NCBI GenBank assembly: GCA_030295235.1
Contig: AP026152.1
Coordinates: 310,001 to 374,000, forward strand
Origin: Fistulifera solaris
Lineage: Eukaryota
Length of the DNA stretch: 64,000 nt
Direction of reading: 5' to 3'
Below are positions 11,677-25,400 of this stretch, one piece after another. Below the pieces are notes generated by a model that saw only the letters and a program-made list of their open reading frames with translations, was not told where the DNA came from and ran no database searches. Each line of letters begins with the position of its first letter. Positions within the stretch are counted from its first letter, which is position 1. Position numbers and translations under genes: made by a program.

Positions 11677-14559
11677 ATGAGGACACGGTCGAGTCGGTTT
11701 TTTGTGATTCTGCTTCATCTTGTGGGAGTTTGTCATCACAATTCACCATCCATCAAAAGTTCAGGTTTAGTGGGGGTCAATCCTTGGCCCGTGCACCTGG
11801 AGACGGTGGCACTTTCCAGCTACATGCAACAAAGAGACGAGGAGTTGTGTCACGATGTCACCCACAACTTTGAGCTACTGTGGCTCCAAGATCAGGAGGA
11901 TCAGTTGTGTTTAGGACCGACGGGTTCGTTTGCGGAATGCGGGGATACAACTTTATGGCTAGTACGAAAACACGAACTGACAACACGACGAAGGGGGCTG
12001 CTTCTTTCTTCACTCTTCGGAGCTTCACCCGAATTGAGTGATATTAGAGAACCCACAGTAGGCTATACATTCCAGGTTGTCGATCACGATTTAGATTTGA
12101 CATCAACAGAACATCACGGAAAGAAAACAAAGTCGGAATGTTTGGGTCAGCAAAAGACCAACTTTCGATTGCTCGATGCAACGCGCGTTGGAGATCAACT
12201 CCTTCTCAATCGAATGTTTGGCTGATCAATCAACAAGGCATGCTTCAGAGTTCAATGAAACCTTCCTTCGGAAGCAAAGCAAAGGACGATCGTAGTTGTT
12301 TACAACGAGTTAATGAAACAAAGGTGGTTCTCGTATCCTGTGCGGGTGGTGACAATTCGAACGAACAAGACTTTGTTCAATTCGAATTTGTCCGATACAA
12401 AGCCGCAGCCCCTCCGAATGGATGTTTGGAAAACAAAGCATCATATGCTACGCAAGATAGAATAAAGAACAGAGAAAAGAGGAAACGCACAGCTAGGAGA
12501 AGTAGCATACCCAGAGAGACCGTTGACTCCATCAAACCGATTCGCGATAAAGCGCACAGCCTTGCTTCCGAACCTGTCATGCATCCGGAACTGAAGTTAT
12601 CCACGCAACTCTTGTTCACCGGAAGAAAAGAAAAGCCACAAGAAAGTGTTTCGCAGCGAATATCTCCCTTTTCTCTATTAAAAGATACGAATCCGATTCT
12701 ATTGATGTCGGGTCAACCGAAGGCGGTGTCGAAAGGGGCGTCGCAACCAGCACATCCGTCATCGATGATTCACCGTATGGAAGATACAGTTGACGAGAAA
12801 CTCATGAAATTGCAACAAATTCGAACACATCCTTACATAGAGAAAGCGAAGAATGAAGTTTGGACTGATCCGAAAACAGGGTTGGACTATTTAACCGACC
12901 TCCGCCAGTATCTGGGGTTTGAGAAGAAGGAGCACGGTCGTCACACTTTAATGGGCGTGGGTCAATACATTAAAGGTTACGTGGTAAAAGTCTATGGTGT
13001 GGCTTTCTATGTATCCAAGAACGATGTTTTGGCTGACCCGACGTTCGCAAAATATGCTACTTTGTCGGCAGACGAACTGAGAGCGCGTCCTGACTTTTAC
13101 GAGCACTTGCAGCGAATGAGTTTACAAGATGGAAAAGCTGGGCGTTTCGATAGGACCTTGCTACTTAAGACCAATATGCAACTATCTACGGAGACTATGC
13201 GCTCTAGTCTAGGCGCAGACTGGTCCATGTTAACGGATGAAGCGAAAGAAACGCTCGCCGACTCTAGTCTCAAGCCCAGGCCCGCCGATGAACATATGCT
13301 CCGGTTGATAGAGAGTCAAGAAAACCCGAGTCGATGTTCATGCTCCCAGGTAGCACCAGCAGAATATGACGCAGACCCAAATTGTTGCGCAAGAGGGACC
13401 GAAGTAGCCTTTACGTGGCGGAAGAACGGTGATTTCGAGGTATGTACTGTGTTTTTGTCCTATAAACCCTAGTTGGACTTGCTAAAGTGTTTTTGATTCA
13501 AGGTTCGACTGAACGGAAGGTTGATGGATACGTTCGCGCGACCTGATATGGCTGAAGGCATTTTTTACGAATATCTTCGTTATGACGACCCCATTTCTCC
13601 GGATCTGCGTGACCATGTAGTTGACGGTTTTCCATTCTTATTGGGACCTTTTGCACAGGTCCGGGGTATCCACATTGGTCACCACGCATCGACCAAGGAT
13701 ACTGCAGAGAACCCTCTGTTCAAAGGTCTTGCCAGTTTCGCATCAGCCACATCTTCAGCGGCGTCAGATTGGTTTGATGCCACTCATCGTGACTTCAATC
13801 AGATGGTGGGAGAGGCAAAAGGTCACCTGGAAACTATGAAGCAAGAAATGCACAAGGCTTCTGATGAGTTTCATCGCCGACGTGAGCAAATGATGAAGCA
13901 GATTGTTTCGATGCCTCAGTCACTTATGAATTTTGTAACACGAGGCGATGGTTACGTCGAAGATGTGTCGATTTTGGTCGAACAAAACGTTACACCGACG
14001 GATGCTACAGACGAAAAACGAGAGCCTTTGGGAAGATACTTTGGATACCCTCTTTCGCGGTGGATAGGAGATTCCTACTACCACGCGTCGGATGAAATTG
14101 GGCCCATGCGAGTTCATCCAAAAATGAATAGGACCAGACAAATCTTTCTTGCCCTCGTGCACCTTTACCTACTATTGCTTTTTTATCGTCAGCTTCCCAG
14201 GCTCATACTCAACAAAAACAAAGATATTAATTCGCAAAAGCTTGCATCGCGATTATTCACTTCAAAGTATGAATTCGTCACAGGATTTTTGATCAATCGA
14301 GTGATGGAGACGACAGTGATAACTGCGGGATGCCATTCAGTGCATCGCAGGTACAGCAGGCAAAAGAACACTTAGTGTACCGACAATGTACGCAGCCTAA
14401 TTTCGCGCCATCGTCGGCAAAAGCGACCTTTCTACGACGTGCTCAACAAGCGCTGCGGCCCACTCACTCTGAAGACTTGCCTTCGGAGCAGAACACCGAT
14501 GGCTCTTCTCCTAGTGCATCGAATTCATTGAAACAAAAAGTTTGAGCTATTTTTTGTAA
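11677..14559 (+). CDS. Large protein: ricin-B-lectin-like N-terminus, chalcone-isomerase-like domain, helical region, C-terminal TM; intron 13440..13502
   Basis: QLCLG...CGDTTLW and ECLG...C...NVW lectin-like motifs. CHI-fold motif LMGVGQY..VVKVYGVAFYV and IFYEYLRYDDPISP. ORFs joined across homopolymer frameshifts (~12152, ~14180, ~14287, ~14537); corrected end KSLSYFL*. Confidence 0.6.
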
Positions 14560-14890
14560 ACTGACCCTCCGGAGGTCCTCGGCTTCTCCTTCCTTCTCCT
14601 GTGTACCATACACACGCGCTTGGTGTACTCAATTCGCTATGTATGCCTTATGCCAGCGTGATTCTTGTCGATCACTACTTATTCGACACAAACTTTTTAT
14701 TCTAGCTCCGAAATGACGGCTTTCTTTGAAATGAAGGCTCATGAAAAGAAAGAAGTTGGTAGCATTCAACTCTTGTAAACTAAAAAGAACTTAGAACACC
14801 CTCTCTTCGTACAACTGTTGCAAGATTATGTCAATAACGAGATGATAACAAAACGCAGTACGTGCTACATGCGATAGACATAATACTTTT

Positions 14891-16810
14891 TTAAATGGCG
14901 ATCGCCTCCAATGCGTTCGTGCACGCGTTTCGACAGTCTTCGTCTGTTTCACCCTCGACACATTTTTTTAGGGAAGGAATGATTTCATTCTGAACAAAGT
15001 CTTCATCGCCATCTACAACAATACGCCCCATTCCTCTCGCTGCAACCATTCGAACATTAGGAACTTTGTCTGTAAGTCCACGGGATACCTGAACAACCGC
15101 TTCATGCCATGCTGGCCCTGACTTGGCTTCGACGGCTATCTCAACATGAATTTGAAGGATTGTGCTGCGCACCAAATACGAGTTCGAGTACTGGTTATAA
15201 ATACCCGTTGTGCGAGGAAGAAGAGTAGAAACTATCCAATCTTGGCCGGCGACGCGAACCAGAAGACCCATTCCGCGCACAACAGCTTGGCGGACCGAGG
15301 CAACATTGTCCATGAGCAATACTTGCCAAGCGGACTCGAACAGAACAGTCGAGAAAAAATCCAACCCACGTGCTTCCGCCAAGTGAGGCAGAAGACGAGC
15401 AATGGCTTCACGGACTCTCCAATTGGTCGCTTTCGACATCTGTAAAAGTGCGCCCACAACGCCAGTTAAACCGGGAAGAAGCCGAGAAATCTTGTGTAAG
15501 TTGGTAAGAACTTGAAGTTGTACTTCGTGAAATTCGTCCGACAAAAAGCTCTCTAAGAGCGGGCCGAATGACTGCAAAATAATATCATCCTCTAAAGTTC
15601 CACCGTGTGCTGCGTCCATTAAGGCAAGAGCACATTTCGATCTGACGTCCATGACGACATCGTCTGCAAGAGTGGGTAGGAGATGCTGCAAATGGGTCTG
15701 GAAATGAGCCTGGCCTCCCCAGGCGATCATTCGAGCCAAATGAGTAACAGCAGCTGCGCGTACTTCGGATTCAGCATCACTGAGAAGAGTTACAAAACAA
15801 GTCATTACGAGAGACTGCTCGGCGTTGAAACGACGTTCCCCGCTAATACCCAACGAAGAAACTACTTCCGAGAAGCACTTGGCCAGATTATTACGTACGT
15901 TCCTGTTTGCACAAGCATCTGATGAGATGCAAAGAAGAAACAGGAGAAAAAAAACACAAAAAAGCTTACCAGCTCATATCCGTCGATCCGTCCTTGACAA
16001 TCGGCAACCAGTTCTGAATCGTCCACTGCGGATGCTCGCAGAAAGCATCTCCACGTTCGCAAGTGAGGAAACCGCGAGAAGGCGGACCGAATCTTGCTCA
16101 TCACGACACAACGCGGGAAGCACAGTCCCCCCGAATTCACGATGCGTCCAACCGGCTTCCCGGATCACGTGTCCCAAGTGTTTCGCGGCCGCTCTCCGGA
16201 CCATGGGCGTTTCATCTTGACAAAGTTCCTTAAATGTTGTTAACAATTCCGTCTGGTGACTTGAGTTATCATCCAACAAGGATAAAATAGATGCCACTAT
16301 CCCCGCAGCGGAAACTTTGGCGGTGAACCAATCGGCGCTAGCCAAACGCTTGAGCAATCCGATCCACGGCGCTGGGTCCACCTTGCGTTTTGCTAGATGC
16401 ACCATGACCGCTACCGCCTGATCACGAACCACTGTTTCTTCCAAAGACGCCAAACGCTCTAACATGGGCAAGAAATCCTTCACATACATGGGGTCACTGA
16501 GAAAGTTGGAAACGCCAATGAGATGCTGTCCCATTATTAGCAAAATCTCGTCTACGGGTGGTGGGTTTTGCATCACCAGCTGCGTTAAGTAAGGAAGTAA
16601 TTCCGTCGATGCCTTTTCTTCGCCCATCGCAATTGCCACCACGGAAAGACGCTTCATACTGTCGACCGCCGCTTCGGTGCTGCCGCTATCCACCTGGCTT
16701 TTGAATAAATCAAAGGGAGTCATTGTCGCTAGATCGGTTACATCTACCTGTAGCGATCGAGCCAGCTGAATGCTAGGCATCGGCAGGGTTGACATAGGTG
16801 TCGATGTCAT
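14891..16810 (-). CDS. PP2AA: Protein phosphatase 2A scaffold (A) subunit, HEAT repeats; intron 15903..15969
   Basis: EETVVRDQAV, DWFTAKVSA, DETPMVRRAAAK, DEQDSVRLLAV, NWRVREA, DKVPNVR; frameshift near 16050. Confidence 0.92.
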
Positions 16811-17490
16811 TTTTAGCTTGTTTATTGAAGGAAATGCAAGAAAGCGGTGGATTATTTCGGGGGATGACTTCTGAGTCTGGACCTTCGCAACTATCTGGCT
16901 GATCTACTAACAAAAAAGCCTCTGCTGCTGCGTCCTTTGCTCCAGAACAAATTCTCTAAGCGCTCGTGATGAACTTAATCTACTAAGATGCAAATGCAGA
17001 CAAGTCAATGCTCCGCTGGAGATCCAGTCGATGATGATAATAAAGACTTGTTGCTCATGGCGTCTTGCGAGCTACTCCTTGCAGGCCAAAGGCAGCCAAA
17101 GCCAAAAGGTCGCTTCGAGTACTCATTGTCGTACAGTACATCATGTGACAGCCGTTCCTTCACTAAAAGGTCAGACGGTCAGGCGCCAAAACTTGATCGA
17201 CCCTTTTCAAGAACACGTTTCATACAATCAACGATACGTCATTGCTACAATACGACCTACAGTCCTGTCTTTTGGCATCTGGCTCACGGGTACTGATACG
17301 CGTCTTACCGGTAACCACTAAAGTAGTTGAATGGATATTCAGGTCAACATTTGAGTGAGTCCTAAGTCAGACGTCATGCAACCGAAAAATGCGAGCCGCA
17401 AAATCGAAACGATGAAAAAAAATGAGCTCATTCTTAGCAAACCTCTTTTACAATAACAGAAGACTGAAATGAAGCATAAAACGACACAAC

Positions 17491-20400
17491 ATGTATAAAT
17501 TCATAATAGGAAACGCCGAAGGCGGCGAGCGTCTCTTAGCGGAAGAATCGGTTCGCGTGGACTATTCCGTACTTTCCGTCGGCGTGATGACGTTGGGCTT
17601 GATCATGATCGTCGAAGTCGTTCGGCATAAAATTGATCATGCCGCCGGTCGAAGACCGTTTCCGAAAAGCCGTCCTTCAGGGAGTTTATTCGGAATGTAA
17701 GTTACAAGGCGCTCAAATATCGATAATTGACGTGAGTTCTCACACCATTTCCGACAGTGGCGACACTGGGAATCGTAGAATTGCTCCTCTTCATGCTATC
17801 CAAATATTACACGGACCTAGATAAAGAGAAATATTTGGTGTTCGCGGATATTCACTTTGCCCTCTTTTATACGGCCATTTTAAATGCCTTTCAATCGGTG
17901 ATTTTGGCAGTCGTATCGCACCGTGTCGCACGTCAAATTTGGGTCGAGACGGAAATGCTCGAATTGAGTCATTATGTCGAAATTCGAGAAGAATTTGACC
18001 AAGTGAAAGCGGCTATGAAACAGATGGGAGCACAATCGGATTTAGGATTGTCCTCTCGCGAAATTCAAATGGATGAAGAAGATCATTCAGCATTCACGAG
18101 AAAAAGCTTTAGCAGATCTTTCATAGATCGATTTCGTTACCCTACTCTACGGCGCAAATACAACGAACTCTTAATTCAAGTCCGCTTCCACGAACTTCGT
18201 GTTCATTTCCTGCAAGCATACAATTTGCCGTTAACATTGAAGGTATCCGATTACTTGCTCGAAAGCCAACAGCACGTTCTATTAAAGCTGGTCCACGTAT
18301 CATCCATTGCTTGGACGCTTTTGACAGGAGCGGTAAATGTGATGTACTACGTCCTTGGAATCGTATCCTACAAAGTCTCAGATTCGACGATCGTGGGTAC
18401 GGCATTAATATGGATTTTCTTCTGGTCCATGGCGCTGTTTGTGGTGATCGCGGCTGTGGTATATCGAAAGATGGAATCTATTTTCAAGAAAATTATGATT
18501 GACAAGACGCTTTGGGGTGTGAACAATCAACAAGGAGACCGAGATCAGCTTCGAGAGCAGCAATTAAGTTTGTTTTACGGCGATGATCCAAAGCTTGTTA
18601 TTGCCGCGATACAGTTCATGCAGTTCGGATACGCAGTGAACCTATCGGTCGTCATCATATTTTGGCAAGAGATTGATGATGGTAACATACCGATGGTGGT
18701 ATATCTTCTCGTCATTGCCGTCTGCTACACGGTCTTCGTTCACGTGACTGCTCGTGTGATTCCACAGTATACATTATGCACGAACCTGGGCCAGTTGGTG
18801 GATGAAAAAGGCTCCACGAGACGCTCGCAGCTTTCCTCTTGGAAGAGTCACGTAGACAGGAAGCTGATGAAAAGTTCACGAACGAACATCCTCAAAAGCC
18901 GATGAATTCTGGTGAAAAGTCCGAAGATCATACATTAAACGAAGAGACATCACAATCGGACCTGTCTGAGGTAAAATCTACTACGTTGTCACGAAAAGAT
19001 TCGAACACGGTATCGAATCATAGTGTCTCCAACGCGCTTTTAATGGCTGAGCTGGTCAAACTCGACACTAACTCACTCAGGATAAATTTGCCGACGGAAG
19101 AACGCAATAAAATCACGTTTCGTCAGATGGAACGAACGTCGAGACGAGGAAGACAGAAGAGTTTATCAGAGGGAATAGCCACCATGGTTGCAATGGGAAA
19201 TATGCCATCGCCTAATCTTTCTTCGAAACCCGATCAAGTAAAAGATGACTCGTTTATTTCTCATTCGGTTGAGTGGAAAAAAGCACACCATCGATCTCAA
19301 GATAGCGAGACTCTAAAAGCCGAAGACACACTGCGAGATAGTCTCATCGCACGCCGACGGCGAAGTCATCGCTTAAAGACTGTGTCGGACGGAGTTGCTG
19401 CTATGACTAGAATGCAAGCTAACGTTTCTGTCAATGGCCTGAGTCCAGTCCCTGAATTTCATAACGGATATAGCCCGACAAGAAGAATACCATCACCTTT
19501 GGTGACAAAGCTTAGCTCGATATCCATGTCCAATGACGTTCACAACAAGATGGACACAGATCAGTTCAGCGTGCATTCGGATGGCGGACATAGCGACATC
19601 GATGATGTACCAGCGGTTGAGCCCGCAAAGGAAAGTAGCTTTCTACCGACCCCTGCCATTAGTCTACGAAAACGAAAAGGTTTACCCTGAGCAAGAAATA
19701 CATTGTTCTCAGCAATGTCTTCGGTACACTTGTTGCTTTCTTTCTGGTTGGTCAACGAGTTGAGAGTTTTCTCCATAGTGAAGGAATCGTCTCTGAAAAG
19801 TTTGTTTCCTTCGATTTTAACAACGAGCACACATTCTGGGCATTGTTTGTCCTTTTCGCATTATTTTGCGTGATGGATTGTGCGATAATAACCACCCTGA
19901 ATCCCTTCGGGCAAGAAGATCAGCCAACAGGCGAAACGAAAGCCTTGGTTGCCGCGTTACTGGACTTTTTGCTCATGAGCACTTGCCTTATTTTTGTTTG
20001 TTGTTGCGGAAGTGAAGCGATGCTGCACATCAATCGAGTCAGACGGACTAGCAAGCGACTCAATAAGTAATAATGCATTGAGGCTTTTTGCAGCCGAGTC
20101 CGAGAATGACGAAGATTACTACAACACTGCCGCGCCCTGTTCCTGCCCAAAATTCGGGCATCGTGCGTACGGCGGTCTAGGGACTATTGAACCATTCACA
20201 GCTTTGGTGGGGCTTCGTATTTTCCGCCATTGGGCCGCAGGGCTTATTGTGAAGCGTTTCCTATCGTTAAAACACGGAAAAGTAAAGGAAAAGGAAGTCA
20301 TTGAAAGAATCAGCGCAGATCCATTTGCAGTTTTTGATGATTCAACGAGGAACGGAAACTTTTTCGGCAAAGCTCATAACTTACCCCGTGAAGAGATCCG

Positions 20401-21814
20401 GGGAACTGCTGCTGAACTTTGGAAAGCAGCCGTTGGCGAACATCCCGAAATTGCAAGGAAATATGGGGAATTTAGCAGTGAGATTTTAAAAATAATGCTT
20501 GGTATGTCTTTATCCGAATTGGGCAATGGAAATCAGGGTATTTTGCTGAACGAAAGCTCGAGGCTGCTTGGACTCGGTGATGATCAGTCAAGCTCTTTCA
20601 CTCTACAAAATCGACAAGCAACTCAGGTCTCGAAAACCCACGAAGCATCTATAACAGGGCCCGCTGGCAAAACCTCCGTCAAAGTTTCGTCTGCGTTCGA
20701 GTCGATTGGTCAAAAGTCAACCCTGACGATGAGGAAACATCTACGCCGCCTGCCGGAAAGAAGGATAACCGGGCTGCTTCAAGCAACAAGATTCCTAGTG
20801 AGATTGTTTTTAGATCACCCGGTGCGCAGTTAGTACGATCTATGCGACGATGCGATCGGAAGTTGCTGCCAATATTGAACCGGTGGACCGTTGTGGATGT
20901 CGTTCTCACGCGATTCGAAATTGTGTATTTTGAGATTTTGAACGCTGATGAAGCTGCGAAACGGGACGACCCCGTGAGAAAGGCACTGAAAGCTACAAAA
21001 GGTGGGAAGGGCTTACGTCTATGCGATGTAGCGAAAGGGCGGCGTATTATTGGGCGTTTGGAAATTTCAGAGATCGAGTCCATGACCGTACAGAGACACA
21101 ATGGGGCTGTCGATACCGCAGACGATGAAAAGAATAGGCCGGATACCGATGTTCGGGCTGTGGAGTATTGGAAGGATGCACCAGTTTCCAGCGTTCATTT
21201 TTCTCACCTTTCTCGTTGGAACCAGAGTAGACAAGATCAACTTCATATCAAAACTATCCATGGGCGAACATTGTGCTTACGATTCTACTCGGATCTCGAG
21301 AGCACAGAACTGGGCGCAAACGGAGTGACGAATAATGCCGCGATCGATAAGAATAATGCTTTTCAGTGGGTACAGACCATCGGGCGTTTTTGCGGCCGAG
21401 ATCAACTTAAGCAGCATCTTCCTCACTTTGGTGATGGGACAGACGATGAGCTACGTGATTACCTTGTTGAACAACACCATGCCTCCGAAGAAATAGACAA
21501 GATGGGACCCCGTCGTGGCTCCACCGGAGATCTTCGAGGGCTGCTGGGAAGAAAAGACCGGGAAAGCGGAGAATGCGGACAGTCCGATGAAACGATCGTT
21601 TCGCATGAGCTTTCCGCGCCTCTCGTCGCTGGAAGACCTAGACCACGCGAAGAATGGGGATACCGTCACAAACGTCCAAACCGAACTAGACGCCCCTGTG
21701 CAGTTAGTGGATGTTCACACTCGGACCACACAAGTCGAGTTCGGCGATGGGGAGGATGCGGTAGGAGTCAAGCTTTCGAATATAGAGCAAGGCATTGTCA
21801 GCACCCGTCTATGA
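17491..21814 (+). CDS. MLO-family 7-TM protein with long C-terminal extension (4-TM voltage-sensor-like module + PH-like domain), copy 1; intron 17697..17757
   Basis: MLO signatures VYSE|LATLGIVELLLF, DIHFALFYTA, RFHELRVHF..YNLP...VSDYL, LFYGDDPKLV...QFMQF, IPQYTLCTNLG. Frameshifts near 17665, 18808, 19680, 19993, 20715, 21520. Colinear with copy 2. Start codon uncertain. Confidence 0.8.
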
Positions 21815-22403
21815 TGAAGCAGTCACATACTGGCTAGAATGATCAAACTGAATACCATTGGAACGTAGCTGGAGACTTCATAGCTGCACCTATTGCATAT
21901 CGTTAACTCTTAGGTTGACACGGAACAACTTTGTAACCTCAAGCAAAACGAAAAATTTTGACAGATGTAGACCTAACTTTCAAAAGAATGTTCAGGGAGT
22001 TTTGAGTCTCAACCTAATTTTTTAATCTAGTCTCTCTAGCTTTCAGATAGAGATTGAATAATTGCTAGCAATAGTATGCCAAATGCGGAGTTGACCCTCT
22101 AGAAAATGCTTACAGTTTACAGTTCGTCAAACACGCCGGCCACACCATCAACGGACAAAATGTATGGCGTAAATAGTAGTGGATTGATTGACACTTTTTC
22201 AATTTTCTCCTCATTGAAGATCCTATGTAGCAGTGGTACTAATTTCTACGCAGGACAGTGATTTGAATTATTTGTCTCCGCCCCCCGTGTGCGCTTTGAC
22301 CGTTTCCTCTCATTCTTGAGTATTTGAAGCGCTCTTCTTTACCTTTTCGTGGAAAAGAGACAAACAACATAATTGAGCCAGTACAGCAGAAAGAAGAAAC
22401 AAA

Positions 22404-25400
22404 ATGGACGAAGAGAATGATTTGTTGAACGAAAGCTACGAGAGCATGACGCAGGTGGACCCCTTGTCACTTTTGTTGTCGGTGAAAACGTCGAATCACG
22501 TCTACGTGAAAAGTGATGAATACGCGTGGGTTCCTGCCCGATTGCTCGAGTCCGACGGCGAGAAAGCGACCGTATCGATTCCTCATTACCGAGACGAGCA
22601 AGCCATTCAATCGGATGGGGGACGGGGCTCGAAAACGTCGAGCAAAGTCGTCGTGGAATTGAAAGATTATCCGACACGAGCTCTTTATTTGCAAAATGTG
22701 GATGAAGAGGGAAATTTGAGAGAAGTAGAAGATATGGTGGATCTTCCTTTTCTGCATGAGGTAAGTATCGCTCGTTCTAGTTCATTTCGTGGAACGGAAC
22801 CCTTGTTCTCACGACGTCTTTCGATTAGGCTGCAATTCTGTACAACCTCAAGTTTCGCCACAAGCAAGGGAAACCCTACACGAGGACCGGTGACATTGTC
22901 ATTGCATGCAACCCTTATCAATGGTACAATCACTTGTATACAGATCAAGTTCGTCACCAATACGCCGAGACTTTAGTTTGGAGCATACCGGATGGCAGTT
23001 GTGATCCTCGTTCTACCATTACTCCCCACGTTTACGAAGCCAGCGCACTCGCATACAGAGGACTTTCCGTAGAAGGTGACGATCAGTCCATTTTGGTATC
23101 CGGAGAATCCGGAGCTGGAAAGACCGAGACTGTTAAAATCTTACTTTCCCATCTCGCCAGCGTCCAGAGGGGGCCGCAGCGCCAAGCCCTTGCCCGACGT
23201 GCCCCATCAGAAACAACACGACCCTATCGTTCAGCGAGTTTTGGACAGCAACCCACTTCTGGAGGCTTTCGGCAATGCCAAGACGGTTCGTAATGATAAC
23301 TCAAGCCGCTTCGGAAAGTATCTGCAATTGCAATTCGATGCAGAAGACCCGGCCGCTGCCGCGTTTGCTGGCAAAACTGCCCCTTCCTGCGTTTTGGCCG
23401 GTAGTAAATGCGAAGTGTATCTTTTAGAAAAATCGCGTGTGTGCTTGCACGAAGAAGACACGGAACGAACATATCATATTTTTTACCAGTTGCTCGCAGC
23501 ACCCGAAGAGCAAAAAGTAAAGTTCTGGAAAGGCTTGGAGGACACGGACCATGAATCGTTTTGCTACGTCGGTCACACCGACACACACGAAATTGAAGGC
23601 AAAAGCGACGCCGAGCGTTTCCAGTACACGGTTGATTCTCTTGCATTGGTGGGCATTGAAGGAGAGACACTACGAAACCTAATGCGAGTCATTTGCATTG
23701 TGTTGCAGCTCGGAAACCTCATCTTCGACCCAGACGAAACCGACGATGGCAAAACCGTCATTTCCGATGAAGCGGATTTGTTGGCTTTAGCTGAGCTCAT
23801 GGGAGTGACGTCTACGGATTTGCAAAGCGCCTTGACCATCCGCACCATCATTGCACGGAATGAAGAATTCAAAGTTCCTCTCAATTCAACCGCTGCCAAG
23901 GAATCCTGCGACGCGTATGCGAAAGAAATTTACGCGAAAACATTTCTCTGGCTCGTGCGCACTGTCAATGATGCGACATGCGCCGAAATGAACTACGAAG
24001 GAGGAAGAAAGTCAGGATTCGGTTTGATCGGATTGCTCGATATTTTCGGTTTCGAGTCTTTTGAGACAAATCGATTTGAACAGCTTTGTATCAACTACGC
24101 CAACGAGAAACTGCAACAAAAGTTCACTCAAGATATATTTCGCTCTGTGCAACAAGAGTACGAGTTCGAAGGCATTGAATTAGGAGAAATCACGTATGAT
24201 GACAACACCGACGTTTTGGATCTGGTCGAGGGACGGATGGGGCTGTTGGCGTTTTTGAACGAGGAGTGCCTTCGACCTGGAGGTAACGACAAAGGCTTTG
24301 TATCCAAAGTACAAGCAATGAATAAGGACAATCCCTGCTTTATCCGAGAGAACCATTTTCATGATTGTGAATTCGGTATTCACCACTACGCTGGTCGCGT
24401 TATCTATGATGCGGATGCTTTCGTCACCAAAAATACGGATACCCTTTGCAAAGACTTACAGGAAATTTCCGCGAAGAGTACAAACCCCATCATCGCGAAA
24501 GAGCTGGTCAATGATTCTATGGTTAACACTGCAACTTCTTCCGGTGCAAGTGGAGCATCAAAGGCGAAAAAGAAGGCTCCAGCTAGAGCAGCGAACCAGC
24601 AAAAATCTTCGAAGCCAGGAATGACAGCAAGCAATAGGCAGAATAGTAGTTCCATAGCCCAAGACACTGTCTGGACGAAGTTCAAGAGTCAGCTAACTTC
24701 ACTGATGTCGAGTTTGAAGCTGACGCGTACAAGGTACATTCGTTGCATCAAGCCAAATACTTTGAAAGAACCTTTGGTAATGCAGCACCAATCAACGGTC
24801 GAACAACTACGATGCGCGGGTGTTGTCGCGGCTGTCACGATTTCGCGCTCTGCATTTCCCAATCGATTGGAACATGAAGTTGTCACCGATCGCTTTAAGT
24901 CAGCATGGAAACCCGGCCAACTCATCAAGGCCGAAGAATCCGCAGCTGAGAATCTGGAAGAAAGACCACGTATTCTTGCACAAGCTCTTCTTACATCTGC
25001 TCTGAAACCTTTGGCGTATTTAAACGAGACAGGGCACACTGTTCAAGCGTTTGTCTTGGGACGGTCAAGAACCTATTTCCGGGCTGGTGCCTTGGAGTTT
25101 CTGGAAAGTGAACGTCTCAAGCGATTGGCAACATGGGCTACACTGATCCAGCGATGTGCAAGGCGTTTCACGGCGCGCTCGCTTTACCTCAAACAGCGCT
25201 CTCTCGCCATCAAGATTGCATCGTACACACGTATGCGTAGCAAACGACGGGCGTATCAGCATTTGCGAAAGGTGTCAATCATGTTGCAGTGCTGGTACCG
25301 TTGCATCTGGGCAGCGAGTGTTTTGGATCGCTTGAACCGTGACCACAAAGCGACACTAATCCAAACCCACTGGCGGATGTCCATGGCTGTAGATAGCCTT

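Noticed and set aside
21910..22017. TTAGGTTGA...TCAACCTAA inverted repeat
   Set aside because: Only 9-12 bp; could be chance or a very old remnant
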